NCBI GenBank assembly: GCA_052055015.1
Contig: JBQJIT010000003.1
Direction: 5' to 3' (one strand)
Source: Malassezia furfur
Taxonomy: Eukaryota
Length of the DNA stretch: 33,075 nt
Part shown: positions 11,449 to 21,323 of the stretch, piece after piece
Position numbering within the stretch: position 1 is the first letter of the stretch
Layout of the letters: each line of letters begins with the position of its first letter
Notes under the pieces: model-generated
Seen by the model: the letters and a program-made list of their open reading frames with translations, nothing else
Told to the model about the DNA's origin: nothing
The model's database searches: none
Made by a program: the position numbers and the translations under genes

Positions 11449-13320
11449 ATGGTACCCCGGTATTACGTAGGCGTGGACGTCGGCACCGGATCGGCCCGCG
11501 CCGCGCTGGTTCAGGAAGGCGGACAGGTCATTGCGCAGGTCGCCAAACCTATTACTACATGGCGCTACGAAAGTGACAGCCGCTTGTACGAGCAGTCCGC
11601 GGCACAAATTTGGTCGGCAATCGCCGCCTGCATCCGCCAGGTCGTGCAGGACGCCCACATCGCGCCCGAGCAAGTGCACGGTCTCGGTTTCGATGCAACG
11701 TGCAGTCTCGTTGTCACAGATGCGCAGGGAAAACCGATCAGCGTCACTCCGCCCGCAGAACGCAGCGCGAACCCGGACGAAGACGTGTCGGAGCGCAACG
11801 TGATCCTCTGGGCCGACCATCGCGCGGAGGACGAAGCGCGCGATATCAATGCAACCAAACACAAGGTACTTGACTACGTCGGTGGCACGATGTCGCTTGA
11901 AATGGAGATGCCCAAGACCCTCTGGCTCAAGCGGCACCTCGACGCGGCGACGTTTGACCAGTGCCGGTTCTTTGACCTGCCCGATTACCTGACGTGCCGG
12001 GCCACGGGTGCACCAGCCCGGTCCAACTGCAGCCTCGTGTGCAAGTGTGGTTATATTCCCCCGGGTGTCGCGGGCAGCGAGCTCGGATGGCAGCCCGACT
12101 TCCTCGAGAAGATCGGCCTGGGATCGCTCGCCGGAACAGACAACGACTATGTCGCGCTGGGCGGTGTCCCTGGGAAGAATGGACTTGTGCTCACCGCCGG
12201 CATGCCAGTTGGTAGTGGGCTGTCGGAGCAAGCTGCAAGCGAGTTGGGGCTGCTGCCGCATACGCCGGTCGCCTCGGCGCTGATCGATGCATACGCAGGT
12301 TGGGTCGGCACCGTCGCCGCAGGGAGCGACGAGACGCCATGCACGAATGCCACGCTCCAGGACGCAGGCGCGCGCCTCGTTGCAATTGCAGGAACCAGTA
12401 CGTGCTACTGTGTGCAGAGCGCCGACGGCATTCGCGTCGATGGAGTTTGGGGGCCCTACAAGAATGCCGTGTTCCCCAACCTCTGGATGAACGAGGGTGG
12501 GCAGAGCTCGACGGGCCAGCTGATCGACTATGTGCTCGAGACACACCCGGCGTATGCTGCGCTGAAGTCGGACGCCAAGTCAGCCAACCGCTCCATCTAC
12601 GACTTGCTGCAGGACTCGCTCGAGAAGCAGATGCAGGCGCTCGACCTCCCGGTCACCTCGCCAGCCTCATTTGTGTATCTGGTGAAGCATATGCACATGT
12701 ACCCCGACTTCTATGGAAACCGTTCGCCGCTTGCCGATCCCTCGCTGCGTGGTATGATTAGCGGCCTCACGCTCGATCGTTCGCGCAACGACGTCGCACG
12801 GCGCTACGTGCTTACGCTCGAGGCCATCGCGCTGCAGACACGCCACATTGTTGACGAGATGAACAAGGCGGGTCACAAGATCGACGCCATCTATCTGTCA
12901 GGTGGCGGGCAAGCTCGCAACCTGGTGTATGCGCAGCTGATTGCGGATGCGTGCAACATCCGCGTTCAAGTCCCTTCGGAAGCGTCGGAAAGCGTAGTGA
13001 CGGGCTCCGCGGTCCTGGGCCAGCTAGCCGCGGAAATCACGTCCGAGTGCCGCGGCGCTGACCGAGTCACCGAACCCGTGCTCGGCTCACAACAAGACGC
13101 GCAGACGCTCGGTGAAAAGTATGCCGAGCGCCTCTGGCAGATTATGGCACGTTCTACAAAACCCGGCCACGTTGTGCAGCCGACAAGCGACGGCGGCAAA
13201 ATTCAGGCATTGCTCGCGGCCAAGTACAAAGTACGTCTATCCACACTCACTCAGATCTTCCACGAATGCATCGATCTACAGCGCCGCTGGGCACGCGAGG
13301 TAGACACGGCCCTCGCTTAG
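11449..13320 (+). CDS. FGGY-family carbohydrate kinase (D-ribulokinase/Ydr109c-like); probable 24-nt intron 13231-13254
   Basis: GVDVGTGSARA, GFDATCSL, ILWADHRA, MSLEMEMPK, NEGGQSSTGQL, PDFYGNRSPLAD. Confidence 0.9.
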   Translation: MVPRYYVGVDVGTGSARAALVQEGGQVIAQVAKPITTWRYESDSRLYEQSAAQIWSAIAACIRQVVQDAHIAPEQVHGLGFDATCSLVVTDAQGKPISVTPPAERSANPDEDVSERNVILWADHRAEDEARDINATKHKVLDYVGGTMSLEMEMPKTLWLKRHLDAATFDQCRFFDLPDYLTCRATGAPARSNCSLVCKCGYIPPGVAGSELGWQPDFLEKIGLGSLAGTDNDYVALGGVPGKNGLVLTAGMPVGSGLSEQAASELGLLPHTPVASALIDAYAGWVGTVAAGSDETPCTNATLQDAGARLVAIAGTSTCYCVQSADGIRVDGVWGPYKNAVFPNLWMNEGGQSSTGQLIDYVLETHPAYAALKSDAKSANRSIYDLLQDSLEKQMQALDLPVTSPASFVYLVKHMHMYPDFYGNRSPLADPSLRGMISGLTLDRSRNDVARRYVLTLEAIALQTRHIVDEMNKAGHKIDAIYLSGGGQARNLVYAQLIADACNIRVQVPSEASESVVTGSAVLGQLAAEITSECRGADRVTEPVLGSQQDAQTLGEKYAERLWQIMARSTKPGHVVQPTSDGGKIQALLAAKYKVRLSTLTQIFHECIDLQRRWAREVDTALA

Positions 13321-14819
13321 TCGGCCAAGGTACCAGCACGCCGCGGCTCCAGCCGCGCGGCCCGCGCGTCCTGAAGGATACGGTAGCGCTTGCCGCGCCA
13401 GGTGACTGTCGAGCCCGCCATGGCCCAGAGCCAGATGGGGAAGGCGAGCAGTTCGCGCATGCACCATGCGGGAAAGAAGTACCGGCGCTCGGCGTCGGGC
13501 AGCGGATGGCCGCCTTGTAGCGATAGCAGCACCTGGGTATCGACGTAATACCACGCCGCGAGGTGCAGCCCATAAAATAGGCCAAACAAGATCCAGTAGC
13601 TGCGGCCTTGCTGGGCACCCAGCAGCGGCACCAGCACCCACGAATACACACCAAACCAGCCGAGCACGCCTGCAACCAGGCTCTCGGTCAATGGCTCCAC
13701 ATACGTCGCTGCGGGCACCATGTGTCGCCGCACGCGGATCCAGCGCATACGCCGCTTGGCGTACTCGGGTATCGTCTGAATATCGCCCACGGCGACGTGC
13801 GCCACGTTGCCAGGTGAAATGCTGTGTGCGAGGGACAAAGGCGGGCGCCAAAGACTCAGTGCCAGCATGTTGTCTTCGGCGAGGTAGATCCCAAACCGCG
13901 CCAGCGGCCGAGACTGGGTCAATAACGCCTCCTCGCGCGGCGCCATGTCCAACACAAAGGCGCCTTGACCATCACTGGGCGTGTCAAACGCGCGACTGCC
14001 CTCGGCGTCGTCATCGTAATCAAAGAATGCATCAGGGACTTTGGCCAGGTCGCTCTTGCGGTACATATTGCTCTTGCCCATAACACAGCTGTCAATCGCA
14101 ACGGCATTAATGGCCAGGTACATTTTGGCGTGCGTCGTGCTGAGGAACGCACGCTCGATGTGGGAACCCCAGGTGTTGGCGGGAAGCACGCCCAAGGGGA
14201 CATGGTGCACCATCCCAATGCGGTCCCCATGCGGCTTGCGGTGCAGAAAGGAAGGAGGGGGCCCCTTGGGTCGCATCATGAGCGTGTCAACCGCTCGGCT
14301 CATGGCCTGAGGGCCTAGCCATACTTGGCTGTCGACCACCCAGAGGATATCATAGCGCGCCTCAGCGTACGGTCGCACAAGATTGTTGATTTTGGGGTTT
14401 ACACCGGCATCTTCAACCGCGCCAACAATGATCTGGCTAGAGATGTGGGGGTAACGTGCAACGACTTGGCGCGCAACCGGCAAGGCCTGGTCTTCCTCCG
14501 ACATCACGCTTAGCAAGACTTCAAAGCGATCCCGAGGGTATTCCTGTTCAAAAATGGAACACAGGTTGGTGAACAAATTGCAGTCAAGCCCGGCTAGGGG
14601 GCGCAGGACCGAAACGCCCGGCGCCTCGCTTTGTACGTCGCGTGCGAATGCCTCGGTTTCTTCGCGCGGCGGAATGGACGACAATGGCGATCGCGGGTAG
14701 GAATTACCAAAGTTTTGATGAGCAACGCGCCATCCGAGTAGACACACTGTCCAGATGGCGACATACCACCCAATCCCTGCGGCGCCAAGCGCCGTAATGA
14801 CTACGTCCCACAACCCCAT
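13317..14819 (-). CDS. HSX11: Ceramide glucosyltransferase (glucosylceramide synthase, GT21); start uncertain (14819 preferred; 14888 and 14912 also in frame)
   Basis: N-terminal TM, PGVSVLRPL.GLD, GVNPKINNL, CVMGKSNMYR, LAEDNML, RRMRWIRVR (RxxRW), EPLTES. Confidence 0.9.
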   Translation of the reverse strand: MGLWDVVITALGAAGIGWYVAIWTVCLLGWRVAHQNFGNSYPRSPLSSIPPREETEAFARDVQSEAPGVSVLRPLAGLDCNLFTNLCSIFEQEYPRDRFEVLLSVMSEEDQALPVARQVVARYPHISSQIIVGAVEDAGVNPKINNLVRPYAEARYDILWVVDSQVWLGPQAMSRAVDTLMMRPKGPPPSFLHRKPHGDRIGMVHHVPLGVLPANTWGSHIERAFLSTTHAKMYLAINAVAIDSCVMGKSNMYRKSDLAKVPDAFFDYDDDAEGSRAFDTPSDGQGAFVLDMAPREEALLTQSRPLARFGIYLAEDNMLALSLWRPPLSLAHSISPGNVAHVAVGDIQTIPEYAKRRMRWIRVRRHMVPAATYVEPLTESLVAGVLGWFGVYSWVLVPLLGAQQGRSYWILFGLFYGLHLAAWYYVDTQVLLSLQGGHPLPDAERRYFFPAWCMRELLAFPIWLWAMAGSTVTWRGKRYRILQDARAARLEPRRAGTLAD

Positions 14820-14886
14820 GTACAGAGGGGTGAGATGTGGAGGAAGGACGCGAATGGGCCAATCTGGTGAATTTCCGCCTACAGCC

Positions 14887-16027
14887 ATGGTGATCAGCGC
14901 TCGAGGGGCCATTCAGGCCCGTCTAGGCGTACGTTGGGACACTCGTCGGAGCTTTGCAACAACGGTACTACTGGCACATGAGAACCCTCTTGTATGTTTC
15001 TTTGGTAACACAGGGCCTACCACGCAACAACCAGCGCATTCCTCCAACTATGCCCCGTCGTGGAAGTGGGGTGCCTTCCAAACGGCCCATCCCCAATGTA
15101 AAGAAAGTCATTGCAGTTTCGAGCGGAAAGGGCGGTGTGGGAAAAAGTACTGTTGCGGTCAACTTGGCCCTGGGGCTTGCCGCCACCTCATCCGAAGTGC
15201 TTGGTCGTCGCGCGCGTGTTGGTCTGCTCGATTTGGACATCTATGGACCAAGTATTCCGAAATTAATGCATCTCGAAGACATGGGCGAGCCAGAGCTCAC
15301 AAAACGTACGTGGTCACTTAATGGCAGAAGGCGCACTTATTCCCATGACCAACTATTCCGTCCCTTGCATGTCGATGGGCTTCCTCCTGCCCCCGGCCAC
15401 CTCTGGCTCCAATGCGGACACGCCCGTTGTCTGGCGCGGCTTGATGGTGATGAAGGCAGTGCAACAACTCTTGTTCGACGTTGACTGGCGTGCAGGAGTG
15501 ACACCAGACACCGACGCTTCTGACACGGGGCTTCCAGGGCTCGATGTGCTCGTCGTTGACATGCCTCCAGGCACGGGCGATGTGGCCCTGAGCCTCAGTC
15601 AGCTCGTCATGGTGGACGGCGCAGTGATTGTCAGCACTCCACAAGATGTGGCTCTCATCGATGCGAGAAAGGGGATTACAATGTTCCAGAAAGTGAATGT
15701 CCCTGTACGTCTATGAACTCATTCCAGATTCTGGGCCTCGTACTCAATATGTCGCACTTCTTGGCACCGGATACAGGCGTTACCTACCCAATTTTTGGAT
15801 CCAGTGAAAAGTTTGATGCATTGGCAGACCGACTACAAACGCCAGTCTTGGGACGAGTTCCTTTGGAGATGCACGTAAGCCAAGGTGGGGATAGGGGGTT
15901 ACCGGAAGTGATTCGCCCAAAATCCTCCACCGAGGTCCCCGATCCAGCACGCACTGGCCAAGCCGTGTTGAAGGAAATGGCCCGCCTAACGTGGAAACAG
16001 CTTGCAATAGTTGATGCAGCCGAATAG
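14887..16027 (+). CDS. IND1: Mitochondrial Mrp/NBP35-family P-loop ATPase (Ind1/NUBPL-like). Exons 14887-14991, 15014-15305, 15328-15704, 15728-16027
   Basis: Spliced Arg-rich presequence then [59 protein letters not shown]; introns of 22, 22 and 23 nt. Confidence 0.87.
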
Positions 16028-16128
16028 CTTGTACTTCCGCAATGCCATGATCACAGCCCTAGTTTATCTCGAAACCCATCAATTATCCCCTAACTGGTTG
16101 GATGCAACTCAACTAACTCATAACATGA

Positions 16129-18171
16129 TTAAATGTGGTTGTTCCCCATGGTTTGCATAGGGTATTGGTCCTTTGCGACGTATTCACCCGTGATAGGCGG
16201 AGCCGCACCTGCAGGCGTCTCGTAGGTAGGCAGAGTCTTTTCGCTCTGGCTGACAGGGACGCCGTCACCATTGAACTCACGGTCTTCCGCACGCTCAATA
16301 GCACGCTCGTACGTGTCATCCTTCGACATGGCCCACGGGCTCTTCTCGGGCAGCTCATCGCTGACAACGTTCTGCGAGCGCGAAAGCACGTAGTCCTTGA
16401 GGAAAAGCGAGAGGATGAAAACCACACCGGAGAATACAATACCGGCCCAAAGACCACGCGCAGCAGCGTCATTCCAGGCACGGATCTGCGTTTGCACCAC
16501 CGGAGTATTACGGTCAGAACCCGTACCGTAGTTAGTGTAAAGTTGCAGCGACTCTTGCATAGCCTGCGTGTAGTCAATACCGCGGTATTCCATCAGCTTC
16601 TTGGGGAACTGATCGTTGAGGATAGCAGTAAAGATAGTGGTACCAATGGATTGGCCAATCGACTGGAAGAGCATGACGACCGCCGTCACCATGGCAACAT
16701 CTTGGTGGCGCACGGTTACTTGCGACGAAATGGTAATAACATCACCAACCATACCACCGCCCATACCAAGGAGAATTTGGGGCCAAACTGCTTGGACCAT
16801 AGTTGTACCATCATGGCGGTAACGGATCATCAAGCCATATGCAATCAGACGAATTCCAGCGCCGCACACAGTAAGATACTTGTACCGGCGAGTGTAGAAA
16901 ATGATCGCGCCCGCAATAACACCGAAAATGGTGAGGGAGAGCGAGTCCGTGTAAGTGAAGTAGTTAGTCTTGTCCTCGCCCTGAGGAAGATTCAGACCAA
17001 TCGAGCGCCAGAAGAAGAGCATCTGGAAAGAAATGTTGAACGACATGAAGTCGAAAAATGCAATCAAGATTGCGAGGACAACGCTCGAGTTCAACCACCG
17101 TTGGCGAATGAATGGACGGGGTGAGATGTAGTACTCATAGAGGGGGACCACAAGAATTAAAACACCACCGACAGTAAGAAGAGCAATGACCCAGTCTGTG
17201 CTCCACCCGATTGTACCACCACGACTCAAAGCCAGAAGCAGGAAGATGAAGCCAGCAAGGATCAGGATCATCCCGCCAATGTCCGCATCCAAAAGGAACT
17301 GCTTGAATCCATACCAGAACCCGTGACGAAGGTAAGGATGGACAGGTACCAGTCCACTGCGCTTCGCCTTACGTTCCAGATAGTAAAGAATTGTCATGAT
17401 GGGCGCCATAGTGACGGGAATAAGGATACAGAACATGCCGAAACCCCAACGCCAGTGCGAAGTCTCGACCTGAGTCGTAGTGATTGCCGCGGAAATCTTG
17501 GGCGCGGTCGCAAAAGTGATGAAAAACGGCATGGTCACAAAGGCAATACCGAAGGCCCTCATGCGCGCCGACAAAAAGTCGGCCAAAATGATCCAAATGA
17601 CGATGAGCAGCCCAGAGTTGCCCACTGCCTGCAAGGCAATACCTGCCGTCTGTGTGTTATTGTTTTGGCCGACCGCCAGAATCAGATAGCCCAAAACATA
17701 GAAGAAAAGTGTCACACAAGCGGCAAAAAAGCGTCCATAGATATCAGCGAGTTTACCAACCGCGAGTTTGGCAACACCAGATACAACACCTTGAATCGCC
17801 ACCGCAGTGAAGTAGCTAGGCGATCCAGTTGGTCGGACAGTTGCCATGACCCATTGAAGGTATGTCAAAGTGGTCAGGTTATCTATCGAATAAACGTAAT
17901 AGACAATGAAGAGGGCCACCATCATGAAATACCAGGTCTTGCCTGTCAGAGCGTAAGTAGCCTGTGCAATGGCCACGCCAACTTGCTTCGCATCATCGTC
18001 GTTCTTGAGATCAGCGTCCACATCTTGGGCAACCTCATCAGCGTCGGGTAGCTTCGCTACGGGCTTGTCATCCACAACGGGGCCAGTGGACTGGCCAGGC
18101 TTTTCAAACTCCGGAGGATAAACCTTCCAGAGATGACTGACAAACTCCTTGACCTTCTCTCCCATCGGCAT
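16129..18171 (-). CDS. Siderophore-iron transporter (SIT/ARN family, MFS)
   Basis: 680-aa intronless ORF with about 14 TM segments; KLADIYGR, WRWGFGMF.IL.P, RRYKYL, QILLGMGGG, SQVTVRHQDVAMVTA are SIT-family-like motifs. Confidence 0.85.
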   Translation of the reverse strand: MPMGEKVKEFVSHLWKVYPPEFEKPGQSTGPVVDDKPVAKLPDADEVAQDVDADLKNDDDAKQVGVAIAQATYALTGKTWYFMMVALFIVYYVYSIDNLTTLTYLQWVMATVRPTGSPSYFTAVAIQGVVSGVAKLAVGKLADIYGRFFAACVTLFFYVLGYLILAVGQNNNTQTAGIALQAVGNSGLLIVIWIILADFLSARMRAFGIAFVTMPFFITFATAPKISAAITTTQVETSHWRWGFGMFCILIPVTMAPIMTILYYLERKAKRSGLVPVHPYLRHGFWYGFKQFLLDADIGGMILILAGFIFLLLALSRGGTIGWSTDWVIALLTVGGVLILVVPLYEYYISPRPFIRQRWLNSSVVLAILIAFFDFMSFNISFQMLFFWRSIGLNLPQGEDKTNYFTYTDSLSLTIFGVIAGAIIFYTRRYKYLTVCGAGIRLIAYGLMIRYRHDGTTMVQAVWPQILLGMGGGMVGDVITISSQVTVRHQDVAMVTAVVMLFQSIGQSIGTTIFTAILNDQFPKKLMEYRGIDYTQAMQESLQLYTNYGTGSDRNTPVVQTQIRAWNDAAARGLWAGIVFSGVVFILSLFLKDYVLSRSQNVVSDELPEKSPWAMSKDDTYERAIERAEDREFNGDGVPVSQSEKTLPTYETPAGAAPPITGEYVAKDQYPMQTMGNNHI

Positions 18172-18217
18172 CTTGAAACGAAGAGGTAGGCTAATTTGCT
18201 AACCTGTTTCCTCTCGC

Positions 18218-18223
18218 TTTATA
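18218..18223 (-). promoter_or_regulatory. Candidate TATA box (TATAAA) of the siderophore transporter
   Basis: TATAAA on the minus strand about 47 nt upstream of ATG 18171. Confidence 0.45.
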
Positions 18224-18383
18224 TGTATGAGCCGCTGTATCTGATTACTGCACCCAATTCTCGCTTGCCAAAATAGCTTTAGCGTAGCTGCAAAAAAATT
18301 ACGGCATTGGGCTGTACGACACCGTATATGCATAATTCACCAAACAAGCAACATCATGCATAATTTTTTTGGAGAAGCCCGAC

Positions 18384-19100
18384 GCTGATTGGTCTAATGA
18401 TATTATCAGCACAGATCAGTGCTTGGCAGAAACGCCCCGAGAAGATCGCTGCGATCCTGCCAATAAGAGAATCTTCTCCACCCATGCGCAGATCGACGGC
18501 GCCTGCTTGCGGAATTGTCCGCAAGGGGTCTGTACCCCTTGGAGGGGTTCATCAGCATCACGCGATCATCGGCTAGACGAAATGAACCCCGGGCGGAGCA
18601 AACATATTGTCCAACCATATGTCGTACATCAGCTTCATGGTTAAAAGGCCCATCCCTATGTAAATAGGACAGCACATGTTGTAGTCTTAATGCTCCTGGA
18701 ATCCAAGTCAATCATTACGTAATCCTCAGGGTTTGCTTCGGATTGTTTCTTAGTAATTGTTCATTGTTTTTACGCATCCTACGCATCGGAAAAGCTGAGT
18801 TCTGGTCAGCGTGCCCAGATGTTGAGAAGTGACGGTTGATGTACGATGACGTCCTTTCTGGCACACGTGACCACAGGCTTCGCCCGGGCGCACTTGGACC
18901 TTAGGTTCTTTGGGGATCCCTTAGCTAAGCCAATTAAGTTGCCTTTGAGCCCCGTTCCTCTTACCTAAAATGCTTCTTTTTGAGCCAGGGAAAGGAATGC
19001 TGATTGGCTCAGCATTAGGATATGCCTGTGCCGCATCACAGTGGAGAATGTCTCCACACTGAAGGGTTTGGCACTACAACAGTGCCGGCTGATTGGCTCA
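18384..19100. promoter_or_regulatory. Cluster of CCAAT boxes and Yap/Pap1-type bZIP sites in a divergent promoter
   Basis: GCTGATTGG at 18384, 18999 and 19088; ATTACGTAAT at 18714-18723; TTAGTAA at 18750-18756. Confidence 0.5.
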
Positions 19101-19234
19101 TGCAAGCTACCCTTGGCGCTGCTTATGCGCAAGCTCAGCCCCACAATGGTGGAGCGAACGGCCTGGTCGCGTTTTAAGCCGGAGTCGCGTAGAGGCAGGC
19201 GGAAACGCCGGTTGTTTTCTTCGCTAAGACTGCC

Positions 19235-21110
19235 ATGGATTCGTATACCGGCGCCACAGCCCAGGATCCTGTAACCAGGGACCCGAAGGTCAAAGAGACG
19301 GAGTCGTCGCCCGCATTCTATGAACAGAAAGTAGTGGCCCCTGGGCAAGATGCCTATGATTACGACCCGAATGAGCAAGTGTCGTTCCTCGGTCTTCGCG
19401 GCGTGAAGCTCAACATTATGATTGCTATCTGTGCTGGTGTCGGTTTTGTGCTTTTTGGTTATGATCAAGGTGTTATGGGCAGTCTCTTGACGTTGCCCCC
19501 TTTCCGCTACGCATTCCCCCAAATCGACAACATTACCCCTGATCCCGGCGCAGACCCTCGGCTGCGCGGCGACCCTAGCAACTCTACGCTTCAAGGTGCT
19601 ACTATTGGTATTTACGAGATTGGCTGTTTTGCCGGTTCCGTTACCTGCATTCTGTGGGGAAACATCCTTGGTCGTCGCCGGATGATCTGGATTGGCAGTC
19701 TGTACGTGGTTCAACCAGGAAATGCTTACCTCCAGTTTGATGATGGTTGGCGCTATTATTCAAGTGTGTGCCGGTGAGCCCGACTCGGACAAAGGCGCTT
19801 TGGCCATGCTGTGGATCGGCCGTATCATTGCAGGCATTGGTAACGGCCAACACACGTCGACTGTATGTAACTCAAACTGTCTTGACTGACCACAGATCCC
19901 TATGTGGCAATCCGAATGCTCTCCGCCGCACAATCGTGGCATGCTCATCATGATTGAGGGCTCCCTGATTAGCTTTGGCATCATGATTTCTTACTGGGTT
20001 GACTTTGCCTTGTACTGGGCATGGAGGTCGGACCCCGGCAACCCACACGAAAGTGCTTCGTGGCAGGTGCCGATTGCATTCCAAATTGTCCTGATTCTGC
20101 CCACGTTCTTGACCATTTGGATGCCTGAGAGTCCGCGTTGGCTTATGCTGCGCGGTCAGCAGAAGGAGGCCCGTCGTGTGCTCTCGGCCTTGGATGATGT
20201 TCCGCTCGGAGACCCTTCGATTGACGCCCACATTGCGGAAATCAAGCACAGTCTTGCGCTCTCGCAATCGTCGAAGGCCACGGACATGTTCAAGCAGGGC
20301 AAAAACCACAACTTCCACCGTGTCGCGCTTGCGTTTGTCATTCAAATGTTCCAGCAAATCAGTGGTATCAACCTGATCACGTACTATGCCGGCACGATCT
20401 TTGAGAACAGTATTGGCCTGAAGCCCGTTGAGTCACGTATCCTTGCTGCCTGCAACGGTACCGAGTACTTTATGGCTTCCATTATTGCCATCTTCACCAT
20501 TGAGCGCATTGGTCGCCGCAAGTTGATGATTTGGTGCGCTTTGGGTATGGCGGGCACCATGGCTATCCTTTGTGGTCTTCTCAGCCATGCTGCGCTCGAT
20601 ATGCCAACTCCAGACTACGACCCTAGTGCAGCGCGGAACAAGGGGCCTGCGATCGCTGCGTGTGTCTTCCTCTTTATCTTCAACTCCTTCTTTGCGATCG
20701 GTTGGCTGGGTATGACGTGGCTTTACCCCGCCGAGTGCACGCCGCTGAGTATTCGTGCCCAGGCAAACGGTGTCTCGACGAGTGCCAACTGGCTCTTCAA
20801 CTTCATGGTGGTCATGATTACCCCTGTCGCATTTGCAAACATCCACAACTACACATACCTGATCTTTGCGGTCATCAACCTTCTCATGGCTCCTGCTTCC
20901 TGGTGGATCTTCCCCGAGACGGCTGGCCGCAGTCTCGAGGAGATGGATGACATCTTTGCGCGCTCGAGTGTTTGGAACCCGTACGATGCAGTGCGTATCG
21001 AGAAGCAGACGCCGCGTCGCTACGACAAGTACGGCAACATGAAGGAGGTGCTGATCTCGGAGACGGAGCAGCTCGAGCCGGTGGAGCGCTTCAGTGCGGA
21101 CTATCATTAA
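19235..21110 (+). CDS. Sugar porter family transporter, Stl1-like (glycerol/polyol:H+ symporter). Exons 19235-19701, 19736-19862, 19896-21110
   Basis: LFGYDQGVM, YEIGCF.G, LGRRR, GRIIAGIGNG, T|IPMWQSEC..HNRG.LI.IEG, PESPRWL, QQISGINLITYY, PETAGRSLEEMD; introns of 34 and 33 nt. Confidence 0.9.
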
Positions 21111-21323
21111 ACAACTACCATGGGGCATGTCATGCAACCATGGACCATGTAATACTGGCTAGACGTTAGAAATGGTATTCAACGGTGTGCTTTCACAGTC
21201 TCGCGCCCGGGCGGAGATTGGTCTGAAGTTGCTCTCGCACGAGCCGTCATCGGCCGAGTGGTGGAGGGCGACCCCACGATGCGCTTCTTCCGGCCGGTGC
21301 ATTTGTAACACGTAGTGTCGACG

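Noticed and set aside
18172..19234. Possible regional centromere in the AT-richer gap
   Set aside because: Only about 1 kb and moderately AT-rich; lacks the extremely AT-rich core described for Malassezia centromeres and is better explained as a promoter
21297..21315. Possible 19-nt intron GTGCAT..GTAAC..TAG upstream of the glyoxalase-like ATG
   Set aside because: Weak donor, below the 22-nt floor seen elsewhere, and no coding constraint to test it
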